Below, one piece after another: positions 10,055-20,400 of a DNA stretch of 64,000 nt. The position numbers were made by a program, and so were the translations under genes. Positions within the stretch are counted from its first letter, which is position 1, and each line of letters opens with the position of its first letter. The notes under the pieces were generated by a model. That model saw only the letters and a list, made by a program, of their open reading frames with translations, made no database searches and had not been told where the DNA came from. The stretch is from positions 1,472,001 through 1,536,000 of the forward strand of contig OZ244999.1 of assembly GCA_965223265.1 (NCBI GenBank), given 5' to 3'. This DNA comes from Planctomycetota bacterium. GTDB lineage: Bacteria > Planctomycetota > UBA8108 > SXIK01.

Positions 10055-10768
10055 GTGAAGAAAACTCCTCGTCACATTGTTGCTCTCGGCGGTGGTGGTT
10101 TCTCGATGGAGCCTGAAAATCCGCTTCTCGACGATTTTACGTTGTCGCTCACGGCAAGGAGTCGTCCGCGCGTCTGTTTCCTGCCGACGGCCTCCGGTGA
10201 TTCAGAGGACTACACGGAGCGCTTCTATCAAGCCTTCCCTCCCTCGCGTGCCGACGCGACCCATCTCAGCCTCTTCGCGCGTGACGACCGGAGCCTTCGC
10301 GACTTCTTGCTCTCGCAGGACGTGATCTACGTCGGTGGCGGCAACACGGCGAACATGCTAGCGATTTGGCGCCTCCACAACCTCGACAAGATCCTCACCG
10401 AGGCGTGGCAGCGCGGCATCGTGCTCACGGGCGTCAGCGCCGGAATGATTTGCTGGTTCACCGCAGGTGTCACGGACTCGTTCGGGCCTCTGGCGCCGCT
10501 TGCGGACGGCTTGGCGCTCATCCGCGGCAGTGCTTGCCCTCACTTCGACGGCGAGCCGGAGCGGCGCCCGTCGTACCACCAGATGGTCACTCGCGGTCTC
10601 ATCCCGAGCGGCGTCGCGGCCGACGACGGCGCAGCGATCCACTTCGTCGACGGCGAGATGGAGCAGGTGGTCTCATCGCGCGAGGGCGCTCGCGCTTACG
10701 CGGTGGAGCTGGACCGTGCGGGCGACGACTCGACCGAGCGAGTTTTGGAGACGCGGTTTCTTGGCTGA
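10055..10768 (+). CDS. Peptidase S51 (dipeptidase E-like) family protein
   Basis: 'ALGGGGFSME', 'FLPTASGD', 'IYVGGGNT', catalytic 'GVSAG' Ser and 'CPHFD' His. Confidence 0.9.
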   Translation: MKKTPRHIVALGGGGFSMEPENPLLDDFTLSLTARSRPRVCFLPTASGDSEDYTERFYQAFPPSRADATHLSLFARDDRSLRDFLLSQDVIYVGGGNTANMLAIWRLHNLDKILTEAWQRGIVLTGVSAGMICWFTAGVTDSFGPLAPLADGLALIRGSACPHFDGEPERRPSYHQMVTRGLIPSGVAADDGAAIHFVDGEMEQVVSSREGARAYAVELDRAGDDSTERVLETRFLG

Positions 10769-10789
10769 CTTGACGTGCGGCGTGGGAGT

Positions 10790-13700
10790 CTACTGGGAAC
10801 AGTGTGGATCGACGCACGTGAGGCGGCTCGGAGTCGATGGCTGATCGCACTCTGGGAAAGGTGCGACGGGTGGGCTGCCTCCCTCAAACGCGAACGTAAG
10901 GAGATAGATCGCGTCGGTTGGACTGCCGCCGACTTCGCCATCTCCATCGGCGTCGCAGGCCGCGACGCACGGCGGTCTCGGGCCACCACGAAAAGTGTAG
11001 TTGAGAAGGTAGATCGCGTCCGCAACGCTGCCGCCGACGCGCCCGTCGCCGTCACAGTCACCGCGGAGAAACGCTTGGCAGTCGTCAACGACGCCACCAA
11101 CCTGCCCAGGATCCCAACGTGGATCGCGAACGACGTGGATCGATCCTCCCCGAAGGCCGGCGAGTACGGATGGTGGCTGGTGAAACAGTTGCCAGAGGCT
11201 GCCCCACGTCGTGGCGACGAGATCACCGCGACCGTTGCCGTTGAGATCGCCCCAGGCGACGCCGCCGATCCAGTTGGGAAAGGATGAGAAGGATGCCTTG
11301 CGAGCGAACGAGCCATCACCGGAGTTGAACAGAACGACCAGCGCGTTACCGTCCGGTCCCAAGACGTCGAGATCGCCGTCGGCGTCGAAGTCCACGAGGT
11401 CGTAAAGGAGCTGCGTTTCGGCAGCGAAGAAGTCTGGCGACGACAGCTCTCCCGCGCCGAGATTCAGGTGAACTGCAACCGAGGTGCGCTCCGACGCGTC
11501 GCGCCGGACGCCCGCTGCGATCAGGTCAAGCTCTCCATCCTGATTGACATCCGCCAGCTTGACGCTGATCGAACCCTGCAGTCCACTCTCAAGAGTTGAC
11601 GCCTCGAAGGTCATCTCACCGCGGTTGAAGAGGAGGCGAACTTCGCCGCCGCCGGAGATGATATCTGGGGCGGCTACGTCGAGACGGCCGTCTCTGTCGA
11701 GGTCGCCAAGCTCGATCGGTGCACAGAAAAACAGTGAATGCGGCAAGACGCGCGGCTTGCCGAAGTGACGCTCGCCGAGCCCACGATAGATCAGGAGCTC
11801 TTCGCCTGCGGAGACTGAGGCGAGGTCGAGCGTACCATCGCCGTCGAAGTCTCCAGCTCGCAGCGAACATGGACCCGCGGCATCTGGCAGATCGCTTCTG
11901 ACGAAGTCCTCCGCGTCGTTGAAGAACACGTGCACACCCACATCGCTGGTCGCAGCAAAGTCCGGCCTCCCATCGCTGTCGAGATCGGAAGCGATGAGCG
12001 ATCGCGGGAGTGCCTCATCCGGCTGGTCAAGGTCGAGTACTCGGTGGGGAACGAGTTGGCCGTTGCCGAGATTCGTGAAGATGCTGATTTTTCCCGGAAT
12101 GCGATCCAGCGCGGCGACGTCGAGCGCCCCGTCGCCGTTGAGGTCCCGCACGTGAACATCGCTAGGAAGGATGCCGGGAGTCGCCAGGCTTTCCGCTGGG
12201 TCCGCGAACAGAGAACCGTGTTCATTGAGCAGGACCGAGACGCCCAAACGGCTGGCTGCGACCACATCGGGCGTCTCATCGCCGTTAAGGTCGTCGACGA
12301 ACAGGGATCCCGGTTCAAGCGCTTCGGAGCCCCCGGAGCGCACGTCAATCTGTGCCCGCGCGGCAAAGTGGCCGTCCGCTAGCTGCTTGAAAACTGACAC
12401 ACCGGCGCGCCCGTTTCCTGAGACTCTCAGTGCGAGCAAATCGATGTGGGCGTCGTCGTCGACGTCGGCGAGCGCGAGGTCTTTTGGGAATTGCTCCTCG
12501 GACTCTTGAAAACGGGTGAGCTCCTCGGCGCGCAGAAACGTGCCGTCGCCGAGGTTGCGGTAGACACTGACCGACCCGAAGGCATTGGAGTTGATGATGT
12601 CGATGTCGCCGTCTGTGTCGATGTCACCCGTCGTCAGCCGATTCGTGTTGCTTCGAGCGGGGAAGTCCACCAGCGTCCTGAGCTCGAAATCGTCGGTGCG
12701 CAGCAGCCAGAGCCCCGAGCTACTCGCACCGATGAGATCTTCAATCCCATCACCGTCGACATCCGCAACGACGAGGCCACACCGGCAGGATCCTTGAAGG
12801 CCTCTGCCGATCGTGTGCACGGCGGCGAGCTCGAATCGTCCGTCGCGATGGAGCCATACTCGGAGGTCTTTGACCGCGTCTTGAGTGCGGAACGAACTCG
12901 GATTCGTGGCGGCTGCGAGGTCAAGAGTGCCGTCACCGTCAAGATCGCCCGTCGTCAACGCGACGAACTGACGGGTACTGGACAACAGAGGTTGTGAATC
13001 TTCGAATGAGCCACGCCCATCGCCACGGGCCATCCGCATGCGGAACGATCCGAACGGGTCCCGCCGATGACCGGAGGCGATGGCGTCAACGTTACCGTCG
13101 AGGTCGAAGTCACCGACGACGAGACCGGTTGCAACCATTCCGAGGGGGATGGAGTCCCGCTCGGCGAATGTCCCGTCGCTTCGATTGCGGAGAACGACCA
13201 GTGTTTCGTCGTGCCCGTCCGCGGCGACAAGATCCTTAGCACCATCTCCGTCAAGGTCGACGCGACGCGCGGGCGCGCGAAAGTCGTTCACGGGATAGCT
13301 GAGTGTCGGCTGTGGTCTGCTGTGACAATCAGATATGGCTAACGTCGCGATCAATGCAGCGTCCCTGTCCGTCAGGCGGCGATTGTGCACTTGAAGAGCG
13401 AGCACGTTGTCGTCGCCCAGATGGAACCGCTCCAAGTCGTGCAGATACATCGTCCGCGGCTCGCCGACGTTGTGAGGTTCGGTTGCTGTCGCATCGAACG
13501 GCGGGGGAGAGCCGTGCAGATTGGCACGTCCGACTTCGACGCCGTTGACATACGCCACGAAGCCGTCGTCGTAGTGAACAGTGAGTGTCAAGCCTGAGAG
13601 GCTGCCGCTCGGCACGCTGAAGGATCGGCGGGCGAAGACCGAGACGTAGGTCCCCTGCATATCTTCCAGGAGCGTGGTTGTCTCGGCGGTGCCGAATCCT

Positions 13701-13891
13701 ATGCTCGTCGCGCCTAAGAGCCAGCCCGAGTCATCGAATGAGCGTTTGTTCCAGTTTGCCGGGGGCTCGTGGGTGCCTTTGAAGAAACGCCAGACGGCGC
13801 CTTCTTCGATTGGTAGGACGTCCCCGGAGCGAAGAGAAGACGCAGCGGCGGTCATCGCGATCGCCAGGAGAAATGCGGGCCTTCGCAACAT
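10790..13891 (-). CDS. Secreted FG-GAP/VCBS-repeat protein with N-terminal jelly-roll domain and C-terminal dockerin-like domain
   Basis: Signal peptide; 'W...FDDSGW...YDDGFVAYVNG.EV.R.N' domain; more than 12 'GD(L/F)DGDG..D' repeats; C-terminal 'FLRGDCDGDG...DAIYLL.Y.F.GG..PPC..ACDADGDG'. Start re-called at ATG 13891. Confidence 0.85.
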   Translation of the reverse strand: MLRRPAFLLAIAMTAAASSLRSGDVLPIEEGAVWRFFKGTHEPPANWNKRSFDDSGWLLGATSIGFGTAETTTLLEDMQGTYVSVFARRSFSVPSGSLSGLTLTVHYDDGFVAYVNGVEVGRANLHGSPPPFDATATEPHNVGEPRTMYLHDLERFHLGDDNVLALQVHNRRLTDRDAALIATLAISDCHSRPQPTLSYPVNDFRAPARRVDLDGDGAKDLVAADGHDETLVVLRNRSDGTFAERDSIPLGMVATGLVVGDFDLDGNVDAIASGHRRDPFGSFRMRMARGDGRGSFEDSQPLLSSTRQFVALTTGDLDGDGTLDLAAATNPSSFRTQDAVKDLRVWLHRDGRFELAAVHTIGRGLQGSCRCGLVVADVDGDGIEDLIGASSSGLWLLRTDDFELRTLVDFPARSNTNRLTTGDIDTDGDIDIINSNAFGSVSVYRNLGDGTFLRAEELTRFQESEEQFPKDLALADVDDDAHIDLLALRVSGNGRAGVSVFKQLADGHFAARAQIDVRSGGSEALEPGSLFVDDLNGDETPDVVAASRLGVSVLLNEHGSLFADPAESLATPGILPSDVHVRDLNGDGALDVAALDRIPGKISIFTNLGNGQLVPHRVLDLDQPDEALPRSLIASDLDSDGRPDFAATSDVGVHVFFNDAEDFVRSDLPDAAGPCSLRAGDFDGDGTLDLASVSAGEELLIYRGLGERHFGKPRVLPHSLFFCAPIELGDLDRDGRLDVAAPDIISGGGEVRLLFNRGEMTFEASTLESGLQGSISVKLADVNQDGELDLIAAGVRRDASERTSVAVHLNLGAGELSSPDFFAAETQLLYDLVDFDADGDLDVLGPDGNALVVLFNSGDGSFARKASFSSFPNWIGGVAWGDLNGNGRGDLVATTWGSLWQLFHQPPSVLAGLRGGSIHVVRDPRWDPGQVGGVVDDCQAFLRGDCDGDGRVGGSVADAIYLLNYTFRGGPRPPCVAACDADGDGEVGGSPTDAIYLLTFAFEGGSPPVAPFPECDQPSTPSRLTCVDPHCSQ

Positions 13892-13951
13892 ACGTTCCCC
13901 CAGGAGGTCGTTACTGCCTGGTACGTCCGCGTGCACGCGTCGTCCAACCCA

Positions 13952-13982
13952 TTGTATTGACGTGGAGGAGAAGAATCCTTCG
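13952..13982 (-). promoter_or_regulatory. Putative ECF promoter CGAAGGATT-N14-CAATACAA for the FG-GAP/dockerin gene
   Basis: Same 9+8 nt boxes and same 14-nt spacer as the motif upstream of the divergent ECF gene (14231-14261). Confidence 0.7.
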
Positions 13983-14230
13983 TTCGCGCAGTTTTTTCGT
14001 CGAAAGAAGATCGAACGGGGTTCCCGTGAATCCACTATCTCACCGGAGGCGCCTCTGGGTGATCATCGGGTGATCATCTCGAGGTAACTCTCTACACTGG
14101 GAGGAGTAGCGTCGCACCGGAGCTGTCCTCCACGGCGGGCTGACTCGACGCCTGGGCACGTGCCGTCACCACGCCTGCCGCAAAATGGTCCGATCTCCGT
14201 TTGTGCGCTATCGACACAGAAAAGATATCG

Positions 14231-14261
14231 CGAAGGATTTCTTCGATCTGCGGCAATACAA
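14231..14261 (+). promoter_or_regulatory. Putative autoregulatory ECF promoter CGAAGGATT-N14-CAATACAA
   Basis: Twin of the motif at 13952-13982; ends 35 nt upstream of the ECF start. Confidence 0.7.
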
Positions 14262-14295
14262 GACGACCGAACACAAGTGATCGGAGACGTGATCG

Positions 14296-14919
14296 TTGGA
14301 ATCCCCAGCCGTGGACGGCGCAGACGAGTGCTCGGATGCGGAAACAGCATCGGAGCAGCACTCCTCGCGGCAGCTCTCTCAGCGGCTTGCGAAGGGCTGT
14401 CCCATTGCATGGGATCGTTTCTACACGCTCTATGCTGAGCGTCTTTACCGTTTTGTTCTCACCAGAGCGCCGCAGCGACGAGAACTCGCGAGTGATGTAA
14501 CCCACGATGCGGTCGTTGCCGCGATCGCGACCATTCAGAGGTACGACGCGACCCGAGGGACCCTTTGGGCGTGGCTCCAGGGGATCGCTGTGAACAAGTT
14601 GCGCGAAGCCTTTCGGCGAGAAGCGCGCCAACAAAAGCTGCGATCGGAGGTCGGCGCGCGAATGGCCGAGAACTCAGAGGACGGTGCTGGTCAACTTTCC
14701 GAACCACCGCCTAGGTTAGATCTCGAGAAGATCCTTGCCGGTTTGAAGGTACAGCACTGCGAGGTGCTCCGGTTGAAGTACTTGGAAGGTTGCAGTGTGC
14801 GCACGATCGCAAAGAGACTCGGCGCGACAGAAAAGACGATCGAATCGAGATTGACGCGCGCTCGAAGGGCCTTCCGTCAGGCTCACGGGCAACTGAACGC
14901 CGCAGGCGGTGACGAATGA
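14296..14919 (+). CDS. ECF RNA polymerase sigma factor
   Basis: 'AWDRFYTLYAERLYRFV', 'WAWLQGIAVNK', 'VLRLKYLEG.SVRTIAKRLG.TEKTIESRLTRARRAF'. Confidence 0.92.
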   Translation: MESPAVDGADECSDAETASEQHSSRQLSQRLAKGCPIAWDRFYTLYAERLYRFVLTRAPQRRELASDVTHDAVVAAIATIQRYDATRGTLWAWLQGIAVNKLREAFRREARQQKLRSEVGARMAENSEDGAGQLSEPPPRLDLEKILAGLKVQHCEVLRLKYLEGCSVRTIAKRLGATEKTIESRLTRARRAFRQAHGQLNAAGGDE

Positions 14920-17432
14920 GACAAGATTCCTCCACAAACCAACCGCAGGGCGAAAGACTCCCTCCCGGGTTTCGGATACGTCTGGACGCCGAAGTCAGTC
15001 GCATTTTGGAGCGGCGGCGTTTTCTCCGCAGGCTGCGGTACACGAGTGTTGCCGTCGCCTTTCTGGTCGGTCTCGGCGTGCTTTGGTGGGCTTCCTCGCC
15101 GGCGACACAGGAAACTCAGGAGTCAATGCCTCCCGTGTCCGACGCAGCGGAGTCGCCTCGAGAGAACGCGTCGCGATCGCAGCCGTCGCGAGAGCTCGCG
15201 CGCGTCGATCCAGCGTCGACTCTCGAGGAGTTGCGGGCTCTCTCAGTCGGGGAGTTGCTTGCCCTACACGATCGACGCCAGAGGCCACCGGAGTTGCACT
15301 TCGATGGTGATGTGCGCTTTGTCGAGATCCAGCGATTGATTGAGAGCTCGGATTTCATCGTTCACGCGCGCGTCGAAGAGGTCGTCGTCGACAAAGAACG
15401 TCTCGTGCAGGGCCTCTTGAGCGACACGATGCAGCGCATGGATGGCGTGTTCGTCACTGCAGAGCTCGCAGTTATCCACAGCGAGCCGCCGCTCGCACAG
15501 TCGCAGCTTTCCCTGAAGGGCGTCGCTGATTTGGATGAGCTGCAGCCAGGTCACGAGTTTCTCTTCGCCGTGAAACGACGCGCGGGAGAGCTTCGACCGT
15601 GGGTCAGTTACGGACTGCAGCGCGGGATCTCACGTGTCACCGGCTCAGGCCCGCAGGCGAAGGTCCGGCAGTTTGGCGTCGGGCTCGACGCAGCGTGGCA
15701 CTCGATTCGTTTGCGCCAGCGGATCGTTCGCGGCGAGCGTCTCGAAGCCGCGGATTTATCTCGTACGTTCGAGATGCTGCGCAGTGGTTCGCCGGACGAG
15801 GCCTCTCATGCAATGAGCGTTCTGCGTCTTGTCCCGCCGCACATGATTCCAACTGCGCTCCTCGTTGAGGCATTTCAGAAAGCTCGGAGGGAGGGGGTTC
15901 GCGACAGCGCGCTCGAGTTGTTGTACGTCACTGCGGACGAGCCAGCCGTCGACCGCGTCCTCGAGCTGATGTCACACTCTGACTTCCCCCGCGGCAACGA
16001 TCAAGTCGAGCAGGGCATCTTACGCCTCGCTTTGAAGTTCGCGGGACCGGAGCGACGTGCGCGCGTTCTCTCGCTTCTTGGACGAGAGGTTAAATCCACG
16101 GACGCACGCGGCGAAGTCGTAACGAAGGTTCTCGTTCGGCCAACCTATTCCGCTCTCACTCTTCTGGCAGGAATACCTGGCGACGATGTCGAAGAGATTC
16201 TGGAAGAGTGCTTTGAAGAGCCTCTGCGTCGCCACCTGGAGCCGTGGATTCTCGAGAGTGAAAGCGTGCGTTCAGACCTGTCTTGGAGGCGGAAGTGCCG
16301 ACTCGAGTTCCTGACCCGGCGTTCTCGCAGCGAACGACTCGATGCTTTTTTGCGCCTCGATCGTGAGCGTCCCTTTGGGCGTTTTCTGCGCGCGATTGGA
16401 TTCCTCTCTGGCTCGGAAGCTGACGCAGTGATTTCTTACCTCAAGGGGCGGCCGGCTAAACATGTCCGTTCGGCGATGAACCTGATCCGGTTAAAGCTTG
16501 CGAGTCCCGAGCTCGTTCCCTGGCTGCGAGAGGTCGCAGTTGAATTTCCAGAAGATTTCGGCGTCCTCAACGCACTCGAGGCCTGTGGTGATCCGACGGC
16601 GCGCGCGCAATCGATCGCGTTGGCGCTGCGAATTCTCGAGCGGGAGATTGTCGGCGAGAGCTGGCGTGCGGTCGGCCGTGAATTCACGGCGCGGCGAGCA
16701 GCGATCGAGACCCTCGGTCGCAAAGGAGACGAGCATGTCATGCCCGCGATTGAGAAGTTTCTGAGCGTTTCGGTCTTGGAGGAGCAGCGAACGGAATTCG
16801 AAGCGGCCTATGCGCGTCTGCACGATGGCAAGAGCCCCGGAAGCTTGCAGCTCAGGGCTTTCCTACCAGATTTCGAGATGGCAGCTCTGTTAGCGATGGC
16901 CCGGCAGCGTCAAGAGGCCGCCCTGCCGCGGCTGCGAGCGATCTACGGCGAGAATGATCTTGGCCGGCGGACGCAAGCAGCCGTAGCCCTCTATGCACTC
17001 GGCGATTCCATAGCAGACGATTTCGTCGAACTCTTTGCGACGCATAACGAGAGGAACATCATCGAGATCGATCTGCGCTATGAGGAGGAGGGGTTCAACG
17101 GCGAATTTCAGCACGCGGTACGTTACTTACGTACGCCGCGCACCGATACGCTTTTCCTCAGACGCATCGAACACGATCTCGACATGGCAGACAGTAAAGT
17201 CGTCACCGCGATAGATTTCCTCGTCGACCACGATCGGCAGATTCTGTCAGTTCTCCTCCGACACTTGGGAGGGCGTCGTAGCCGAGCGGCCATCCAAGCC
17301 GCGCGCTGTCTCGAGGACGTGTTCGGTCTCGATTTGAAACCCGACGCTCGCCCAGGCACTCTTCCTGTGGGGCGCGAGGAGTTTGTCGCCAAATGGCGCG
17401 CTGAGGTGGACGCCTACTTGAAAGGTGATTGA
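14916..17432 (+). CDS. Putative anti-sigma factor: TM anchor plus large extracytoplasmic HEAT-like helical domain
   Basis: ATGA overlap with the ECF stop; RRRFLRR then a TM helix; repeats such as 'AAIETLGRKGDEHVMPAI' and 'AAVALYALGD'. Confidence 0.55.
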   Translation: MRQDSSTNQPQGERLPPGFRIRLDAEVSRILERRRFLRRLRYTSVAVAFLVGLGVLWWASSPATQETQESMPPVSDAAESPRENASRSQPSRELARVDPASTLEELRALSVGELLALHDRRQRPPELHFDGDVRFVEIQRLIESSDFIVHARVEEVVVDKERLVQGLLSDTMQRMDGVFVTAELAVIHSEPPLAQSQLSLKGVADLDELQPGHEFLFAVKRRAGELRPWVSYGLQRGISRVTGSGPQAKVRQFGVGLDAAWHSIRLRQRIVRGERLEAADLSRTFEMLRSGSPDEASHAMSVLRLVPPHMIPTALLVEAFQKARREGVRDSALELLYVTADEPAVDRVLELMSHSDFPRGNDQVEQGILRLALKFAGPERRARVLSLLGREVKSTDARGEVVTKVLVRPTYSALTLLAGIPGDDVEEILEECFEEPLRRHLEPWILESESVRSDLSWRRKCRLEFLTRRSRSERLDAFLRLDRERPFGRFLRAIGFLSGSEADAVISYLKGRPAKHVRSAMNLIRLKLASPELVPWLREVAVEFPEDFGVLNALEACGDPTARAQSIALALRILEREIVGESWRAVGREFTARRAAIETLGRKGDEHVMPAIEKFLSVSVLEEQRTEFEAAYARLHDGKSPGSLQLRAFLPDFEMAALLAMARQRQEAALPRLRAIYGENDLGRRTQAAVALYALGDSIADDFVELFATHNERNIIEIDLRYEEEGFNGEFQHAVRYLRTPRTDTLFLRRIEHDLDMADSKVVTAIDFLVDHDRQILSVLLRHLGGRRSRAAIQAARCLEDVFGLDLKPDARPGTLPVGREEFVAKWRAEVDAYLKGD

Positions 17433-17462
17433 GCCGCGCCGCGATGCGACGTGCGCCCGTCA

Positions 17463-20400
17463 TCATCTCGACGATTTTTTCTTCTCGACTCGAGCGACGA
17501 ACGCGTTGATTCGACGCGCAACTTCGGTCGGACGTTCGATCAAGAGTGAGTGAGACGCTCCCTTGAGCCACACCAGCTCAATGTTGTCGCGTACCGGGAT
17601 GCGCATGGCTTCGCGGCTCGGCGGATTCTTGCCGCGATCGCCCCAGAGCTCCAGCACGGGGCGTTTTGTGTGTTCGAGAATCGCGGAACCGTCCCAGCGT
17701 CGCCAGACAGACGCGAACGCTTTGATCTGCTGCTCCGTTAATCCGCGCAGCACGCGCGCGCGGTTGGCTTGCCGCTTTTTCTCTTGCTCTGGCGTCAGCG
17801 TCGAGGTGATCGTGCCGCCGAAAGCCTCCTTAGCGACGCGGTGATGCGTCCAGCCTTCGATCGAGATCGCGCCGAGAATCGCCTGCGGACGCTGTTTCAA
17901 CAGCTCGATCGAAACCATCCCGCCGATGCTGTGCCCCCCGACGTAAAACTCGTCGAGATCGAGGGCGTCTGTGACGCGAAGGACGTCCGCCGCGAAACTC
18001 TCCATCGAACCGTCGATGGTCGGAGGTTGCGAGTCGCCATGGCCGCGCAGTTCGACGATCACTACGTGGAACGACCGATCGAGTCGGCGGAGAACGTCCA
18101 TGAAAACTTTGTAGTCTCCCCAGCTGCCGGGAATCAAAACAAGCGTCGGCCCACGCCCCCCCCGCACGTGATAACCAAGGCGTCCACCTCCCGGAGTCGC
18201 TACTGTGCCATGAAGCAGCTCCAGGGATGAGAAATCTATGTTCAAGGGCTCGCGGATTTTCGCGTAGTAGCCGACCCGTCGGCCGCGCAGGTTCGTCAGG
18301 TCGATCTTGTTCTTGGCGTCCTTCCAGGCATGCCAGTAGCTGCCGCCGGCAAGCCACTTGCACAGTTGCCCCCAGTCGGGAAAGCGCAGCGCAGCATCGT
18401 CAGCGTCCATGAACAAAACGCGCTGGCGATAGTCTTCGAATGCATCGACTCGCGCTTTAAGCTCGAGGAGTGACTCACGGCTGCCGATGAGTTGATGGGC
18501 TTCGTACGTCGACCACATGTTGCTCACAAGTCGCAGATAATCGAACTGCAGACGGGTCATGCGTAGGTTGTCCGCGGCGGCGCCGATGACCCCGACACTC
18601 TCAGCCTTCCTGATGAGTTCGTCGAGCTTAAGAGTCATGGTTGGTGGGAAGCGTCGGTGCAACACTTGCGCGTGCGGCGCGTCGGGTTGCAATCTGTTGC
18701 GCCGGAGCGGGCGTTCGCCGCCATTGACCGGGCCGTAGAGGTGGCGGAAGAACTCGATCATTGCCTCGCCCGCGCCTCCATAGACGCCACGGCAGTACTC
18801 TCGGACGAGTTCGTTCTCATCGAGGGTGGGGTCGCCGAGCATACGACCCAGTGTGTAGAAAACCGGGCCGTTGAGGCCCCAGTTGTTGCCGTCTCCGCCG
18901 TTGAAAAAGCCGATCACTCCCAAGCGATGAAACTTGCGGACTTCATCGGCGACTTCCTTCGGTGTTACGTCCGGCGCATGCCCATACACCCAGGACATGT
19001 CCCACCAGATTTTGTAGACAGTCATCGCCGAGACTTTGTTCGACCACGCCTCCAGCATCTCGGGAATGTCGTGACACAGCTCCGCGACGACGTTCGGGCT
19101 GTAAACGTCGATGCTCTTCGATGGCCAGCGCGTTGGAATGTACGCGAGGTAGTGGACGATTCTTCCAGGGTGGGAGATTGCGCACTGCTCAGCGACCCAA
19201 TTGTGAACCACGTGGAGACGATCGACGGGGTTGTCACGATTGGTCGTGTGCAGCCACTTGTGCCAATCTGGCCCATCGACGGCCTGATCCCATGGCTTGA
19301 AGTTGTCCATCGCCTCGCAACGTTCGCACTCGCAGCGCTTCCAGCCGTCGCTCTGCCCCAGTTGCACCCAGTCGTAGCCGTTGTCGAATTCGCGTCGGAT
19401 GCCGGCGAGTAAGAGCTTCTGCACCTCGGGGTTCGACGTGCAGAGATGATTCCCCTCGGCGGTCCGCTTGCCATCCCGCATGGCAAAATACTCGGGGTGT
19501 TCCTGAAACAGTCCTTTGCTCACCCAGTGGTACCAGGAGTGACCTCCGAAGGTTTTGAGGCGGATGCCATAGCGAAGGTTGTTGGCATAGGCCGACGGGT
19601 AAAGGCGAGGAGACCCGTAGAGAAACGAGCCGATCGCGTAGGCGAACGGCGGAACAACGACCTTCTCGAACGACCGAGGCACGCTGAGCGTGTCCCTCTT
19701 TGGCACGACAATTCCCTGATCGAACGGCATAAACCAGCGAACGTCGCAAACGGACTCCAGAAATGTCACCACGGCTTTGCACGTGCCGTTGGCGCCAGCA
19801 AGGTCCGAACCCTTGATGCCGTGGATGCGATCGGGGCTCCACGGGTCGAGTTCATGAAAGTCTCGCAGCTTTTGAGGCGACGGATCGCCGCGTCCGGCTC
19901 CAGTGCTGTCACGACCCAGTAGGTAGAGGACGTTGCCGCGCACCGCGAGGCGGCACCCGTCCCACTTCAAGTCGTTCGTGGAAATTCCAGCGCTTGCTGC
20001 GAGCCGAGTATGTCCCACGGAAATCAGAGTGCCGCCAACCGCTTCACTCTCGTTTGCGAGTGGCAGGCGTGCACCGGTGGCTCTCTCTACGTACGTTTGC
20101 AGCCAGCCTGCGGCCATGCGCTGCCACCAGTCAGCGTCGTCGGCAACCACGATGGTACTTGCTGGACGGCCGTCAACGACGAGGAGAAGTTGGTCGCTCT
20201 CTCCAGGAGACTCACTCCGCGGCTCATCGACGATCGTGACGTTGTCCCGGTTGCCTGTGATCTCTGGTGGTTTCGACCATCGCACGTTCTCCAATCGAAT
20301 ACGCGGTTCGTAGTCGGGGTAGTCGTCGTCACCGAGCTTGGCGTTGGCGTTGCCTGTCTTGGCATTGATCTTCATCTGCCCTACACGGGCGTTGCGGATC

